Source: Okamejei kenojei
Taxonomy: Eukaryota
Direction of reading: 5' to 3'
DNA: 64,000 nt
Assembly: GCA_035221665.1 (NCBI GenBank)
Contig: CM069142.1
Coordinates: 18,600,001 to 18,664,000 of the forward strand
Of the stretch, positions 48,977-61,039 are shown one piece after another. The notes under the pieces are model-generated. The model made no database searches. It had not been told where the DNA came from and worked only from the letters and a program-made list of their open reading frames with translations. Both the position numbers and the translations under genes were made by a program. Each line of letters opens with the position of its first letter. Position 1 is the first letter of the stretch.

Positions 48977-49527
48977 TGGGCGACCATTTCGCCGAACACC
49001 TTCGCTCAGCCTGCGTGAACCAACCCGATCTCCCGGTTGCCGGACACTTTAATTCTCCTTCCCTTTCCTACTCAGACCTTTCTGTCTTAGGTCTCCTCCA
49101 TTGTCAGAGTGAGGCTAAATGAAAATTGGAGGAACAGCATCTCATATTTCGCTTTGGCAGCTTACAGCCCAGTGGTATGAATATTGATTTATCTCACTTC
49201 AGGTAGCCCCGGCATTCCTTCTCTCTCTATCCCTCCCCCACCAAAGTCGCACTAGCTTCTCATTTTCACCCTACAAACATCTAACAATGGCCTTGTTTTG
49301 TTTATCTTCGTAACTTATTTCCATATCTTTCATTCATTGTTCTTTTTCTCTCCACATCACCGTCTATATCTCTAGTTTCCTTTATCCCTAACGAGTCTGA
49401 AGAAGGGTCTTGACTCGAAACGTCACCCATTCCTTCACTCCAGTGATGCTGCCTGTCCCTCTGAGTTACTCAGGTTTTTTGTGTCTCTCTTCGGTTTAAA
49501 CCAGCACCGGTAATTCCTTCTAACACA
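48977..49527 (+). mobile_element. Penelope-like element 3' part (GIY-YIG C-terminus, UTR, terminal repeat)
   Basis: LGDHFAEHLRSACVNQPDLPVAGHFNSP..LEEQHLIFRFGSLQPSGMNID; hammerhead motif at 49394-49428. Confidence 0.9.
49394..49428 (+). ncRNA. Minimal hammerhead ribozyme-like motif, sense to dystrophin
   Basis: AGT-CTGAAGA-A-GGGTC-TT-GACTC-GAAAC-GTC-ACCC. Confidence 0.55.
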
Positions 49528-50517
49528 GCTTTTCTCTCCAGTGTGTTTTGTCCCCTACCCTCTTTCTCCTTCTGGTCCTCCCTGTTATTGTCCCCTTTCC
49601 CCACTACCCTCCTCTTGCCATCCATCTCCCAGTTTTATCTCCCTCCTGCTTCTGTTTCCATCCACCTACATTTTACTCACACTTAAGCCACAAGCTCGTC
49701 CCAGCCCCCCTCCCTCGTCTGATTATGATTCCATCTGCCATTCACCTCTTCTCTAATGAATCCGATTTCACCTTTCGTACTTATTAGGTTGCAGTGTGGG
49801 AGCTTTCGAGATTCCGCTTTTCACCAAACAGCAGCGGTCTCCACCTTCAACCTCTCCCACCACCCCCTCGCCTGCCTTCATCTGCCACCTTTCTCTTTCA
49901 ATTTCCCTTTTGTTCTCTCCTGCTTGTGTCCATCCATCAACGAGAAACAATAAACTGCAGATGCTAGTTTCCACAAAAGGACACAAAGTGCTGGTGTAGC
50001 TCAGTGGAACAGGCTCCGGAGTTGACCTTTCAAGTCGTGATCCTTCCTCAGACGGAACCTTTCTGAAGAAAGGTCCTGGCCTGAAACCTCAGCTATTGGT
50101 CTGAAGACGGGTGAAGGAGTAACTTGCGTCCTTTTTTATCCTTCATCCACCTGGCTCTGCCTCCCAACATCACCTGTCCTCCTCTGTTATCTGGCTCCAT
50201 ATGCCTGGCATCCTTCACCCTTCCCAGGTCCACCTATTACCTCTCACTTCTGCCTCACCCTTGTCACCACCTCCCATGTCCTTCTTTACGCTGGTCATAT
50301 CATCTCTCCACCCTCCTTCCTGATGCAGGGTGATGACCCGAACATCCAGCATTTCTTTCCACCTACAGACACTGCTCAAGCCATTGAGTTCCTGCAGCAG
50401 ATTGTCACTCGAGATATGTATGTTTCAATTAAGTTGTCTCTCACTCTCCCTACATTAGTGTGGAAGCAACCCAAGCCCATCCAATCTTTGCTTATTTGAC
50501 GCACTGCTCCTTGTTAA

Positions 50518-50832
50518 AGCACTGTCCCACTGCACAAGTTCATTCAAGAGCTCTCCCGAGTTTAAAAAAAATCAAACTTGTGGTAAACACGTAGAATGAA
50601 CGTAGCGGGTACGTCGGAGCTCGGGGACTTCTCTTAGCGGCTCGTAACACTAACGGCAGGTACTCGGGCAATGCGGTAAGCTCGGGAAGACTCGTGAAGA
50701 TTTTTCAACATGTGGAAAAATGTCCACAAGAGCCCAGAGTACCTACGAGCGGCGATTACCATAAATCTCAGAGTTCGAATCAGGGGAAACTTGGGAGAAT
50801 TCTTGAATTAACTCGTACAGTGGGACAGGGCT
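50518..50832. mobile_element. Harbinger-type MITE (about 315 bp)
   Basis: TAA-AGCACTGTCCCACTG ... CAGTGGGACAGGGCT; inverted similarity extends inward. Confidence 0.8.
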
Positions 50833-51159
50833 TTCAGTTTTTAACCCTGTAAATTTTCTCTAGATTGTTTCCAGTGACTTAAATGAGAACAACTCTGTGC
50901 CCATTTCTCTGGAAGTGTTTTTGCCAATGCCCTATTGGTCTAAAACCTCCCTCTTTTTCCTGTTCAGTTTCCAAGCAATAAACATTAACAGTTAGAAAAA
51001 GTCGAAATGTCACCAGTCCCTTCCCTCCACAGATACTGTCTGACCCTCCTAATCCCTGCAGCACTTAATTTATGCTCAAGATTCCAGCATCCCAAGGTCC
51101 TTGTGTCAACATTAACATTCTATAAGCTTTCCAAATTATTTTGATGCGTTCGTATTAGC

Positions 51160-52280
51160 CATTTGTGAATCAGGCAAGATAACACCCAGGTCTCCACTCA
51201 TCTTTGACCTCACACTATTCACTTTTATTTTCACTCGCCAAGATTGCCCACAATGCATTCCATTTGCCACATCTTTGCCCACTCACATAATTCACTTTGT
51301 AGCCTCCTTATGCCACCTAAAATGGATTAAAAACTTCCATTTTGATCCATCTTAGTATCAGAAATAATCAGCAACTGTGCATTTGGTGTTATTCCAAGTC
51401 CCTTAATATAAATTGTAAAAGGTTGAGGCTCATTGCTTAAGGCAGACCACTCATTGCATCTTGCTCATTTGATTTCTTTTGATTTCCCTTTTGTTCTCTC
51501 CTGCTTCTCTCCATCCATCATCTAGAAACAATGAACTGCAGATGCTAGTTTATACAAAAGGACACAACGTGCTGGTGTAACTCAGCATCTCTGGAGAGCA
51601 TGGAACAGGCTCAGTTATGTGAGCTCTCTATTTTCTGTCAGCCAGATAATCTTCTATCTGTTTCACCACCATTAGCAACTACCGTATGAGCTTTATTTCC
51701 AGGAGCGTTAACTTGTGAGAGTAGAAATTTCAACACACTTTATATGACTTGCTCCTTATTTTGCAGCTATGTGGCCTTGTTCTTGACTCTGCCACTTGTG
51801 AAAACATGTCAACATCTTTCCCTGTCAACCCCCTTATGTTTAAATATGGTCACTCCTCATTCTTCTAAGCTCCAAGTAAAACAGAGACAAACTGTTTTGG
51901 CAGGACAAAATCCTCTCCTCAAGATTTTGCCTGCTTAATCTTTTTTTGGACTGCCTCCACCACTACTATATCCTATAGGGGATTAAAACTGTGCAGAATA
52001 TTCCAGGCATGGCCACTCCAACATCATACAACTGTAATAAGGCCTCTCTGTCCTTAACCTCCAACGTTTTCACAGCAGAGGTCAACATGACTCCAACCAA
52101 TTACTCCAAATCGAGCATGATTTCCTTGTCACAAATTGTGTTGACTTTCCCCAACTGCCTTGGATCTTTCTAAATGCCTTTGCTGGTTTTTAATAATAGC
52201 TTCCATAGCTTCCCCAAAGACAGACAATAAGCTAACTGACACGTATCTTTTTGCCCTCTGTCTTCCTCCAATTTTTGAAT
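51160..52280 (-). mobile_element. Very old CR1 remnants
   Basis: Reverse-strand CR1-like words (CTGCATTCCATTTGCCAC-like, AACTGTGCAGAATATTCCAGGCATGGCC, AAGCTAACTG). Confidence 0.5.
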
Positions 52281-52804
52281 AAGGAATGGCAGCTAATCAT
52301 GAAAAGAGTACAGATATTCCCTGCACGGCGTCCGTTTGATGATCCAGTGGTATAATTGGCCACTGGAAACAAGGAAACAAGCAAAGACAGTTCTCTGTCC
52401 ACTCCTGCAGGTTAACGGCAGATTTGTATTGATCCATTGCATTTTTGTCATGTGTAGGCAGGAACTGCAGATGCTGGTTTACACCGAAGATAGTTGTGCT
52501 GCCCATCCCACTGGGTTACTCCAGCATTTTGCATCTATCTTCGGCATTTTTCATCATGTTGTTTTCATTGAGACTATTTATAAATTATGATATTTGAACA
52601 AAAATTGTTTGCATACAAGTGCAGGTAATTAGGGGAATATTTCACACCGTGCTTAGAACAGATGTAGCAGCAAATGAAAATACTGCGGAGATCCTAATCT
52701 GCCTCTAAGTGTATTTAATGTTCCTTTATTTAGGAATACAATTATAATAAAGATTTATAAGCATCAATACCAAGTCTTCCATGTTCTATCATGTTTCTTT
52801 TTTT

Positions 52805-52858
52805 CTATTAGTCTCCAGTAATTATCACTGTCTATTATTCTCCAGTAATTATTACTGT
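52805..52858. repeat. Tandem duplication, 2 x 27 bp
   Basis: CTATTAGTCTCCAGTAATTATCACTGT / CTATTATTCTCCAGTAATTATTACTGT. Confidence 0.85.
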
Positions 52859-52989
52859 CCAGTCTAGACTTCAGTATCGTGTTCCCAGTGTCTCGATGAT
52901 CTATAGATTATTGATTGTATGATCAGAACTAAAGCAACGGTGTAGTGTTTACCTTTGTAGTTAATTCCAACACGCACAATAATTAGATG

Positions 52990-53450
52990 TGTCCCTGGAC
53001 ACAAAGTGCTGGAGAAATACAGCGAGTTAGGCAGCATGTGTGGAGGAAATGGACTGGTAATGTTTTGTGTTTGGGACCCTTCATCAGATTGATTGTTGGA
53101 GAAAATTGGAAACGAGAGGTGGAGGTGGGTCAAAACCCTGCAAGTAATAGGTGGATACAAGTGAGGGAGGAGGGGTTGATTGATAAACAGGTTGAGTAAG
53201 TGAGGAAAGTTAGCAGTGAAAAGGGAGCAAAAGGGTGTCAGATAAGGAGAGAAGAGGAATGACATATAAAGCTAGGGGAAGGATCCAGGAAGAAGCGGAT
53301 GGGGAGCAGGAAAGAAAGGGATACAAGAAAAGCAAGGAATTTGTGAATGGGAGATGAGTTTACAAAGGGGGACAAAGGAGCAAAGTGAGTGGGGAGGGTG
53401 GGAGATTGTAGAAGAAATGGGCGGGGCACATGAAAGGGAGGGGTCAAGAG
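52990..53450 (-). mobile_element. Old Penelope-like 3' region
   Basis: Terminal arm with degenerate CTGATGAAGGGTCCC motif on the minus strand and a purine-rich UTR. Confidence 0.55.
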
Positions 53451-54754
53451 ATTCAACATGCTCCTGGATTTCAACTCAACCCAAATGGGACTGAAAGGTC
53501 AGATGGGTCAACAAACTGGCTGTCAATTGTGGCTCTGCTCTAATCAGTGCAGAATATCTAGGTTAGGAACTCAGCAGTCACCAACTCAGTTAAGTTTCAG
53601 ATGCATCAGCCTGAGGTTCGACCACACATGCATTGTGAGTGCTGCAAGATGCTAAAGGCACCAGCAAAATAAGGTCACTTTCAGGATGCTGCCCGCCCAA
53701 GAGCCTCTCTCAGACCCCCTTTTGCCCAGTCATTCCCCACCCCTCACACCTTTCATGCCACAATCAGTGTGCCCCCACCCATTTTCTTGGTAGTGACAAT
53801 TTTCCTGGTGTCTTTATTGTTATCAGTTTTATTGCTCCTTCCGTGAGTGGCGTGACCTTGCTACCAGCTGTGACTAACAGACAGAGCAGAGAATTGCAAA
53901 TGTGGCTTATTGTCAAAAGTAACACCAGCGTCAAGTGAACCACAACTATGGAAGGTAGACGCAAAATGCGGGAATAACGCAACGGGACAGGCACCCATTC
54001 TCTCCAGAGATGCTGCCTGTCCTGCTGAGTTATTCCCACATTTTGCGTTTATCTTCGGTGTAGATCCAACATATGCAGTGCATTCCTACACAAACCACAT
54101 GTTTGGACATTCCTGAACCCTATACTGCTTCTTTGCCCTCCTAATGTGCTCTGAGCATATGTCAGAATGAATGAGTATTTTCACAGTGAACAGATACATG
54201 TTAAGGGAATAATGTTTAGCGCAAGGTAAAGTCTGATCATGGATAGTCTGAGGGACATCAAAGAAGTAGATGGTAGTTCAGCACTGCTATCTGGTTGCAG
54301 TAGGCTGATTCAGTTGCCTGATAACAGCTGGGAAGAAACTGTTGCATGTTTTTCACTCATGTCGTTAATATGTGAAGTTTGTTTTATTTTCACGTATTCA
54401 CAATTTGTCAGACAAGTTTTGTCTTAGTGTGGACTGTACTTCATTTTCCTTTTGGATTTTTGAGTTTTCCTTTAGTGGGACAGATTGTGCATTCTCCGTG
54501 AAATATTTAGAGTAAATACATTATCCATTGGCTTGTTTCTTTCGGGTTGTTTGAGGGAGATTGCAGGCTAATCTTCATCTTTTTATACCTGCTGGGTGCG
54601 TTTTCTTTTTTTGAAGGAACATTACCAGCAGAAATGGATGCTCGTGCTTATATGGGACTTGTGGGGCACATCAATTTAACAGAGCAATCTCGGAGGCTGA
54701 ATTTAAAAACATGAACCATTTTGTCAATTTGCACATTTAAGGCTTCTCTTTCGT

Positions 54755-54913
54755 TTAGGAAAGAACTGCAGATGCATATAGACAGAAAATGCTGGAGTAT
54801 CTCAGCGGGACAGGCAGTATCTCTGTAGAGAAGGAATGGGTGACGTCACCTATTCCTTCTCTCCAGAGATGCTGCCTGTCCCGCTGAGTTACTCCATAAT
54901 TTTGTGTCTATCT
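54755..54913. mobile_element. Penelope-terminus palindromic dimer with hammerhead centre deleted
   Basis: Arms join directly at GGTGACGTCACC. Confidence 0.85.
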
Positions 54914-55772
54914 TTTCTTTAGTTTAGTTTAGTTCAGAGATACAGGCCATTTGGCCCACCGAGTCCGCTCTGACCAGTGATCCCCGCACATTAACACTAA
55001 CCTGCACACGCGATGGACAATTTTTACATTGATATCTAACCTGGCTGATTTCCTTTATGAAATGTCTCTTTCCATTTCTGTTGCATATAATCGTTCTAGA
55101 GATACAGAGTGGAAACAGGCTCTTCGTCCCATCAAATCCGCGCAGGCCCGGCGGGCCGAGGGGCCTGTTTCCACACTGTATCTCTAAACTAAACTGAACT
55201 AAAGAAGAAAACTAAATTGTATGCATCAATTCTTGTATGCCTTGATGTCTTTGGTGGGATCACAATCAGTCAAGCGTCAGCTATATGCGTGAAATTGAAG
55301 TGACACTTGTGTGCTGGCAAACAGCTCAGATATTTTTGACAAGATCAAGCTGTTACAACTCCACTCAATAATACTGATGGAAATGCAAAGAAATGTGATT
55401 TAGTGAAATGATATGTGTCTGGTGTACATAAAGATACTTTTGATTGTTCTTCATAAAAACATTGTGTCTTGCAGTATTACTCAAGAGAACAGATTAAATT
55501 TTAAAACCTATTTCTGGCTTTGTAAAGAATCTAGAAAAATGTTCCACTGTAAAGTGCTCTGAAAAAGGCACCTTGTTAAATTATCAACAGAGATTAAGAG
55601 GTATTGTCTTCATATTCAGCTACATCAATAGCTTTTGTTTAGAAAGGAGCTGCAGATGCTGGTAAACAAAAAACAGTTATTTAGTTTATTTTGTTACACG
55701 GATAATGGATCATTCTTGAAGAATTTCAAGGATTTTACATAAGTTACCTGAATTGTCAAGGTTGAAATTAAT

Positions 55773-58700
55773 CTTTCAGCCTATGCTCGGCATCAAAAAA
55801 GATGCCGAGCATAGGCTGAAAGCTGAATGGATAGATAAAACGTATCATTCTTCTTTTACACACAAATCAAGAGGCGTAGCAATATTATTTCGTAAAGGCA
55901 CTTTATTCAAACATACATCAACTATAACTGATAATGACGGTAGATACATTATTGTATTAGGAGAATTAAATGCACAAAAAATGATTTTTGTCAATGTATA
56001 TGGACCAAACTTTGATAGTCCACTGTTTTTTAAGAAAATATTTAACAACATCCCGGAAATAGCACAACATAACTTAATAATTGGAGGAGATTTAAATTGT
56101 ACATTAGATTCTTATTTAGATAGATCCACAAGACAAAGGGAAAGCAAATCCTATTCCAGTGACTTATTAAATGCACGTATGAATACTAGTAACATTAAAG
56201 ATGTTTGGAGAGTAGAAAATCCAACCGCACGAGAATATTCATTTTATTCACCTGTACATAAAACCTATTCAAGAATAGATTATTTTTTGGTTGACGCTAA
56301 ACTTATCTCACTCACTTATAATTCAAAATACCATAATATTACAATCTCAGATCACGCACCTTTAACATTTATGATTAAAATAAATGGTAAAATGGAAAAA
56401 CAGGGACAATGGAGATTTAACCCACAAATTTTAAAAGACAAAGTAACTCAGGAATATATTATAGAACAGATCAAGATTTTCTTTGAAATAAATGATAAAC
56501 TGGAAATATCTTCTTCCCCATTATGGGAAACATTTAAAGCATATGCCCGTGGAATTATGATTTCTTCTCAAGCATTTTATAATAAAGAGAATCGGAGGGA
56601 ACAACAGGAATTGGAAAAGGAGATTAAACAATTAGACACAGAGAATGCTGCTAATCCATCCATAACAAAACATAACAAAATCACTGCGCTGAAATATAAA
56701 TTAAATAAAATATACTCAGATCAAGTTGTAAAACTCTATCAACACACTAAACAATTACAATTTGAATTTGGAGATAAACCTCAAAAATTATTGGCTCGTC
56801 AATTAAGGAAGATGGAGGGAGAAAAAATAATCCATAGGATTAAATCATATAATAGCGAACCATTAGTACAACCCAAAGATATTAATGAGAGATTTTTGCA
56901 ATATTATAAAAAATTATATTCAGCTAAAACAACTGAAAACAGGATAGGAATAGAAGCATTTTAAAAAAAAATGTAATCTGAATGGGTTGGATTCACAAAA
57001 TAGAGAATCACTAAATGCTGAAATTTCAGTAAAAGAAATCGAAGAATCTATCAGATCATTAAAAAAATGGAAAAACACCGGGACCAGATGGTATTAGTTC
57101 GGAATTTTATAAAACATTTTATGATCTGTTTGCACCACGTTTGAAGATACTCTATGAATACATTTATACCCACCAGAAACGTTAAATGAATCTATTATAA
57201 CACTTATACCTAAAATAGACAAAGACCTGGATGACCCAGGATCATATAGAGCTATAACTCTTTTAAATACTGATCAAAAGATACTAACCAAAATATTAGC
57301 ACAAAGACTAAGTACAGTTATTAATAAATTAATTCACCCGGATCAAACAGGATTTATACCAAAACGATATTCCTCATATAACCTGAGACGATTATTCAAT
57401 ATTATATATTCGAAAAGAGGTATTAATAAAGACCTAGTAATTATATCGTCAGACGTGGAGAAAGCCTTTGACCAGGTGGAATGGTCTTACTTGTTTTCGG
57501 TTATGGAAACTTTTAAGTTGGGAGAGAAGTTTATTACTTGGGTTAAATTATTATATACTAATCCAACAGCCAGAATAATAACAAATCAAATGCTATCAAC
57601 TAAATTTAATCTATTTCGAGGCTACAGACAAGGTTGTCCTTTATCCCCGCTACTGTTTGCACTTGCAATAGAACCATTAGCTCAACGTGTGAGATTACAT
57701 CCTGAAATATATGGGTATGACACCAGAGATACTGAAAATAAAATCTCTTTATATGCGGATGATGTATTACTTTATATTACAAAGCTGGAAATTAGTATCC
57801 CAAATTTACTAAAATTAATAACTGAATTTGGATTATTTTCAGGATATAGTATTAATTGGAATAAAAGTGAAGTTATGCCAATAATGGTAAATAACTTACA
57901 TATACTACAACAATTTCATTTTAAGATAGCAAACAAAAAAATCAAATATCTTGGAATTTATGTAACAAAAAGATTCGATTCTTTATTTAAATCCAAATTT
58001 CCACTTTTATTGAATAAATTAAATAAGAACATTTTATATTGGAAAACATTACCTATCTCAATGCTAGGTAGAATTAATGCAATGTAAATGAATTTTCTCC
58101 CGCAATTACTATATATCTTCCAATTGATTCCGATATATCTTCCTAAAAATGTCTTTAAGAAGGTTGATTCTACAGTCACCAACTTTATCTGGGATTATAA
58201 GAGCCATAGAATAAATAAAAAAACATTTATCTAAATCAAAAATAAATGGAGGTCTAGCACTGCCAAAATTTATGTTTTATTACTGGGCAGTTAATATTAA
58301 ACATATTAATTTTTGGTTAGTAGAGACAGATAAACAACCAAAATGGTTAAAAATGGAAAAAGAAGATTGTTCGCCTTTTGAAATTAGTTTGATTTTATTC
58401 GCCAATATTAAACTAGGTAAGAAAACCTATAGTGAAAACCCTACAATAGAAAGTAGGATACGTATCTGGAAACAAACAAAGAAAACATTAAAATCGGAAT
58501 GTATACCACTAGCCCTTACCATTGTAAATAACCTTACATTTAAACCCTCAATGATGGACAAAGGTTTTTTACAATGGAAAAACTATGGAATTAATAAGAT
58601 GGGCGATCTCTACAGGGAAAACTCCTTCCTTTCATTTCAAGAATTACAACAAATTTATGGATTACATTCAAAAGATTACTTTAGATATTTACAAATTAGA

Positions 58701-59716
58701 GACTATGTAAAAGCAAACACACAGGAAATAAGAAATAGAAAGACATACATTTTAGATGAATGTCTAAACACCCGAACACAGAAAAATTGATATCATATAT
58801 TTATAACATTATTGGAAAACAATGTCCCAATGACAGAAATATATAGGCAATCATGGGAAAACGAATTAGGTCAAATAATCAGACCAGAAGTATGGGATGA
58901 AAGTTTACAACATATACGCCACTGCTCGTTAAATGCTAGGCACTCTCTTATACAATTTAAAATATTACATAGACTACATTGTTCAAAATCCAAATTACAC
59001 AGTATTTTTTCAAATGTATCTGCCATATTTGATAAATGTCAGCACTTAGAAGCTAACTTAACACATTTGTTTACAAATTGTGTAAAAATTACTAAATTTT
59101 GGACAGAAATATTTAAGATAATTTTGAATGTTGTTAATATGAATCTGATCCCTGACTCAAAGTTAATAATATTGGGAATATTAGAAACAGATCAATTAAT
59201 AAGAACGAATCAAAGAATTTTTATTGATTACAGTTTAATAATTGGGAAAATATTAATATTGAAATTCTGGAAAGGTCCTACATCCCCCACAACCAAAATG
59301 TGGATTACAGGAATGTCGGAGACACTTCATCTGGAAAGATTACGGCTTGTCCTACTGGACAAGTTGGATCTTTTCAGAGGGATATGGTCTCCATTTATTG
59401 AATATTTAAAGGGTCAAAATGGCTCGTTACGAGAGCCTAACTGAAGCCTGAATAATGGAATGGATGAAGAATCATGTATAACAAATCATGGATATATCTC
59501 CAATGATGGACAACTTTTTTAATACTCCACTCATTTCTTTATTTCTGATTTTCTACTTTTACTTTATTTTTCTCTATCTTTTCCTATCTGCAATAAAAAA
59601 AAATGTATAGAAATACAAATAAGACATAATTGTTAATATTAATAATATTACGAATGTATGTGAGAAGTATATTCTATTAGTATGTACTTGCATCTAATAA
59701 AAATATTTAACAAAAT
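55773..59716 (+). mobile_element. 5'-truncated L1-clade LINE (~3.9 kb)
   Basis: ORF2 fragments plus 3' UTR, AATAAA at about 59696 and an A-rich end; candidate TSD AAATTA(A/G)TCTTT at 55765-55776 and 59717-59728. Confidence 0.93.
55795..59444 (+). pseudogene. L1 ORF2 (APE endonuclease, RT, Cys-rich C-terminus), frameshifted
   Basis: SRGVAIL, NVYGPN, IGGDLN, YSRIDY, SDH; EKAFD, RQGCPLSPLLF, YADD, KYLGI; degenerate DKC..THLFTNC knuckle; split across at least five frames. Confidence 0.93.
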
Positions 59717-61039
59717 AAATTAGTCTTTTGCAGCATATAACTGATATTGCTGTGGCTTACCAAAGGGAAAAAATGCTGACTCTTTGCCAGAAGGCTCAGG
59801 ATGGTCTTTTCAATGAACAGGAACGATGTGCAATGTCCAGCCCATTTTGAGGGCCAGCATCATTGGAGTACAGATTGATTAAGATGGGCACAATGCTCAA
59901 TATCAATGGTTCTATAGTGGCACATGTACATACATATAGGGAAATGCTGTTTTTGCATAGTGTTTAGTTAAGTGCAGCCATATCTAAACACAATCCCCGA
60001 TTAATACAAAGTGCATTGAAATAGTTCACTGAGACCGCATGGAAGAATCGCCAGGTTTTAGCGCCATTTCCAAAGTCCAGTCTAGACGCTCGATTTTCTG
60101 GAGCGATGCCAGATCCAGTCGAGCCCCAGGCTGCTGCAGGGCCTCCAACAGCCGCCTCCATCCCGATCGTCCAGCGAACCATCGTCCCTCTTCTCGCCCG
60201 TCCACCCTCAGCCCTCGTGCCCCGGAGCCCTTGAGACTCACTCAGTCTCCCTCACGCTCACACAGTCTCTCTCATGGTAAGACCACAGTTCACACTCTTA
60301 CCAGTCATTGCTCTTGTGACCGCCCTCACCCTCTCCCTCCATTCTCCTCTCCAGTTCTCGGGTCCTCTGGGGGTGAGCAGGGGCCATCTCAGCGGCTTCT
60401 CACCGCAGGCCTGAGCCCGCCGATACTCACATCCCGCCTCGCGGCTCACCACCGCTCCCCGCTGGGAAGGGTGGCATTGTGAAGGCTTGGACACGATTCT
60501 TTTGGCATTCAGGGAAGCAATTTGAAAAATCACAGGAGTAATTTTGTCTTTTATCAATTCAGTCCTCTTCCCTAAACTGCTATGCAAACTCAAGAAAATA
60601 CATGGGATCCTTTGCCCGTTAGTAACTGGAAAATTATTGACGATTTGCAAGCACTGATGTAGACCTACCTGATTCAGAGGGACACCCGAACTATCCACCG
60701 GAGAGCACCCTGAAAATGCTAACAGAATAGAAAGGGGCCATGAAGCACACAACCTGTATTGTGGTCTTGTTTCCAGTGGGTATTAGGGATTAAAATCCCC
60801 CTCTTCGTGATATGTGATTTCCCATCTGTGTTGTCTCTGCAGTATAGTTGTGACAACATTGTGCATAAGTTCAAATAATGCTTATCTAGGGCCAGTCGTC
60901 TCCTGCATTTAATCTTCGAGGGTGCCATCAATTATTTCAATCCATTTAACAGAAGTGCTTCCTTTAGGACAGTGCTGAAATAACTGGTGACATGCATTTT
61001 TCGAACAGGAAACACAATTAGGCTCATCACATAGTCTGG

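Noticed and set aside
55753-55794. N-terminus of the 403-aa ORF as a real start
   Set aside because: Made of flank plus the inverted duplication; the L1 endonuclease N-terminus is missing.
59950-60480. GC-rich segment with overlapping ORFs
   Set aside because: Looks like a repeat-derived UTR-type fragment, but I cannot assign a family or support coding.
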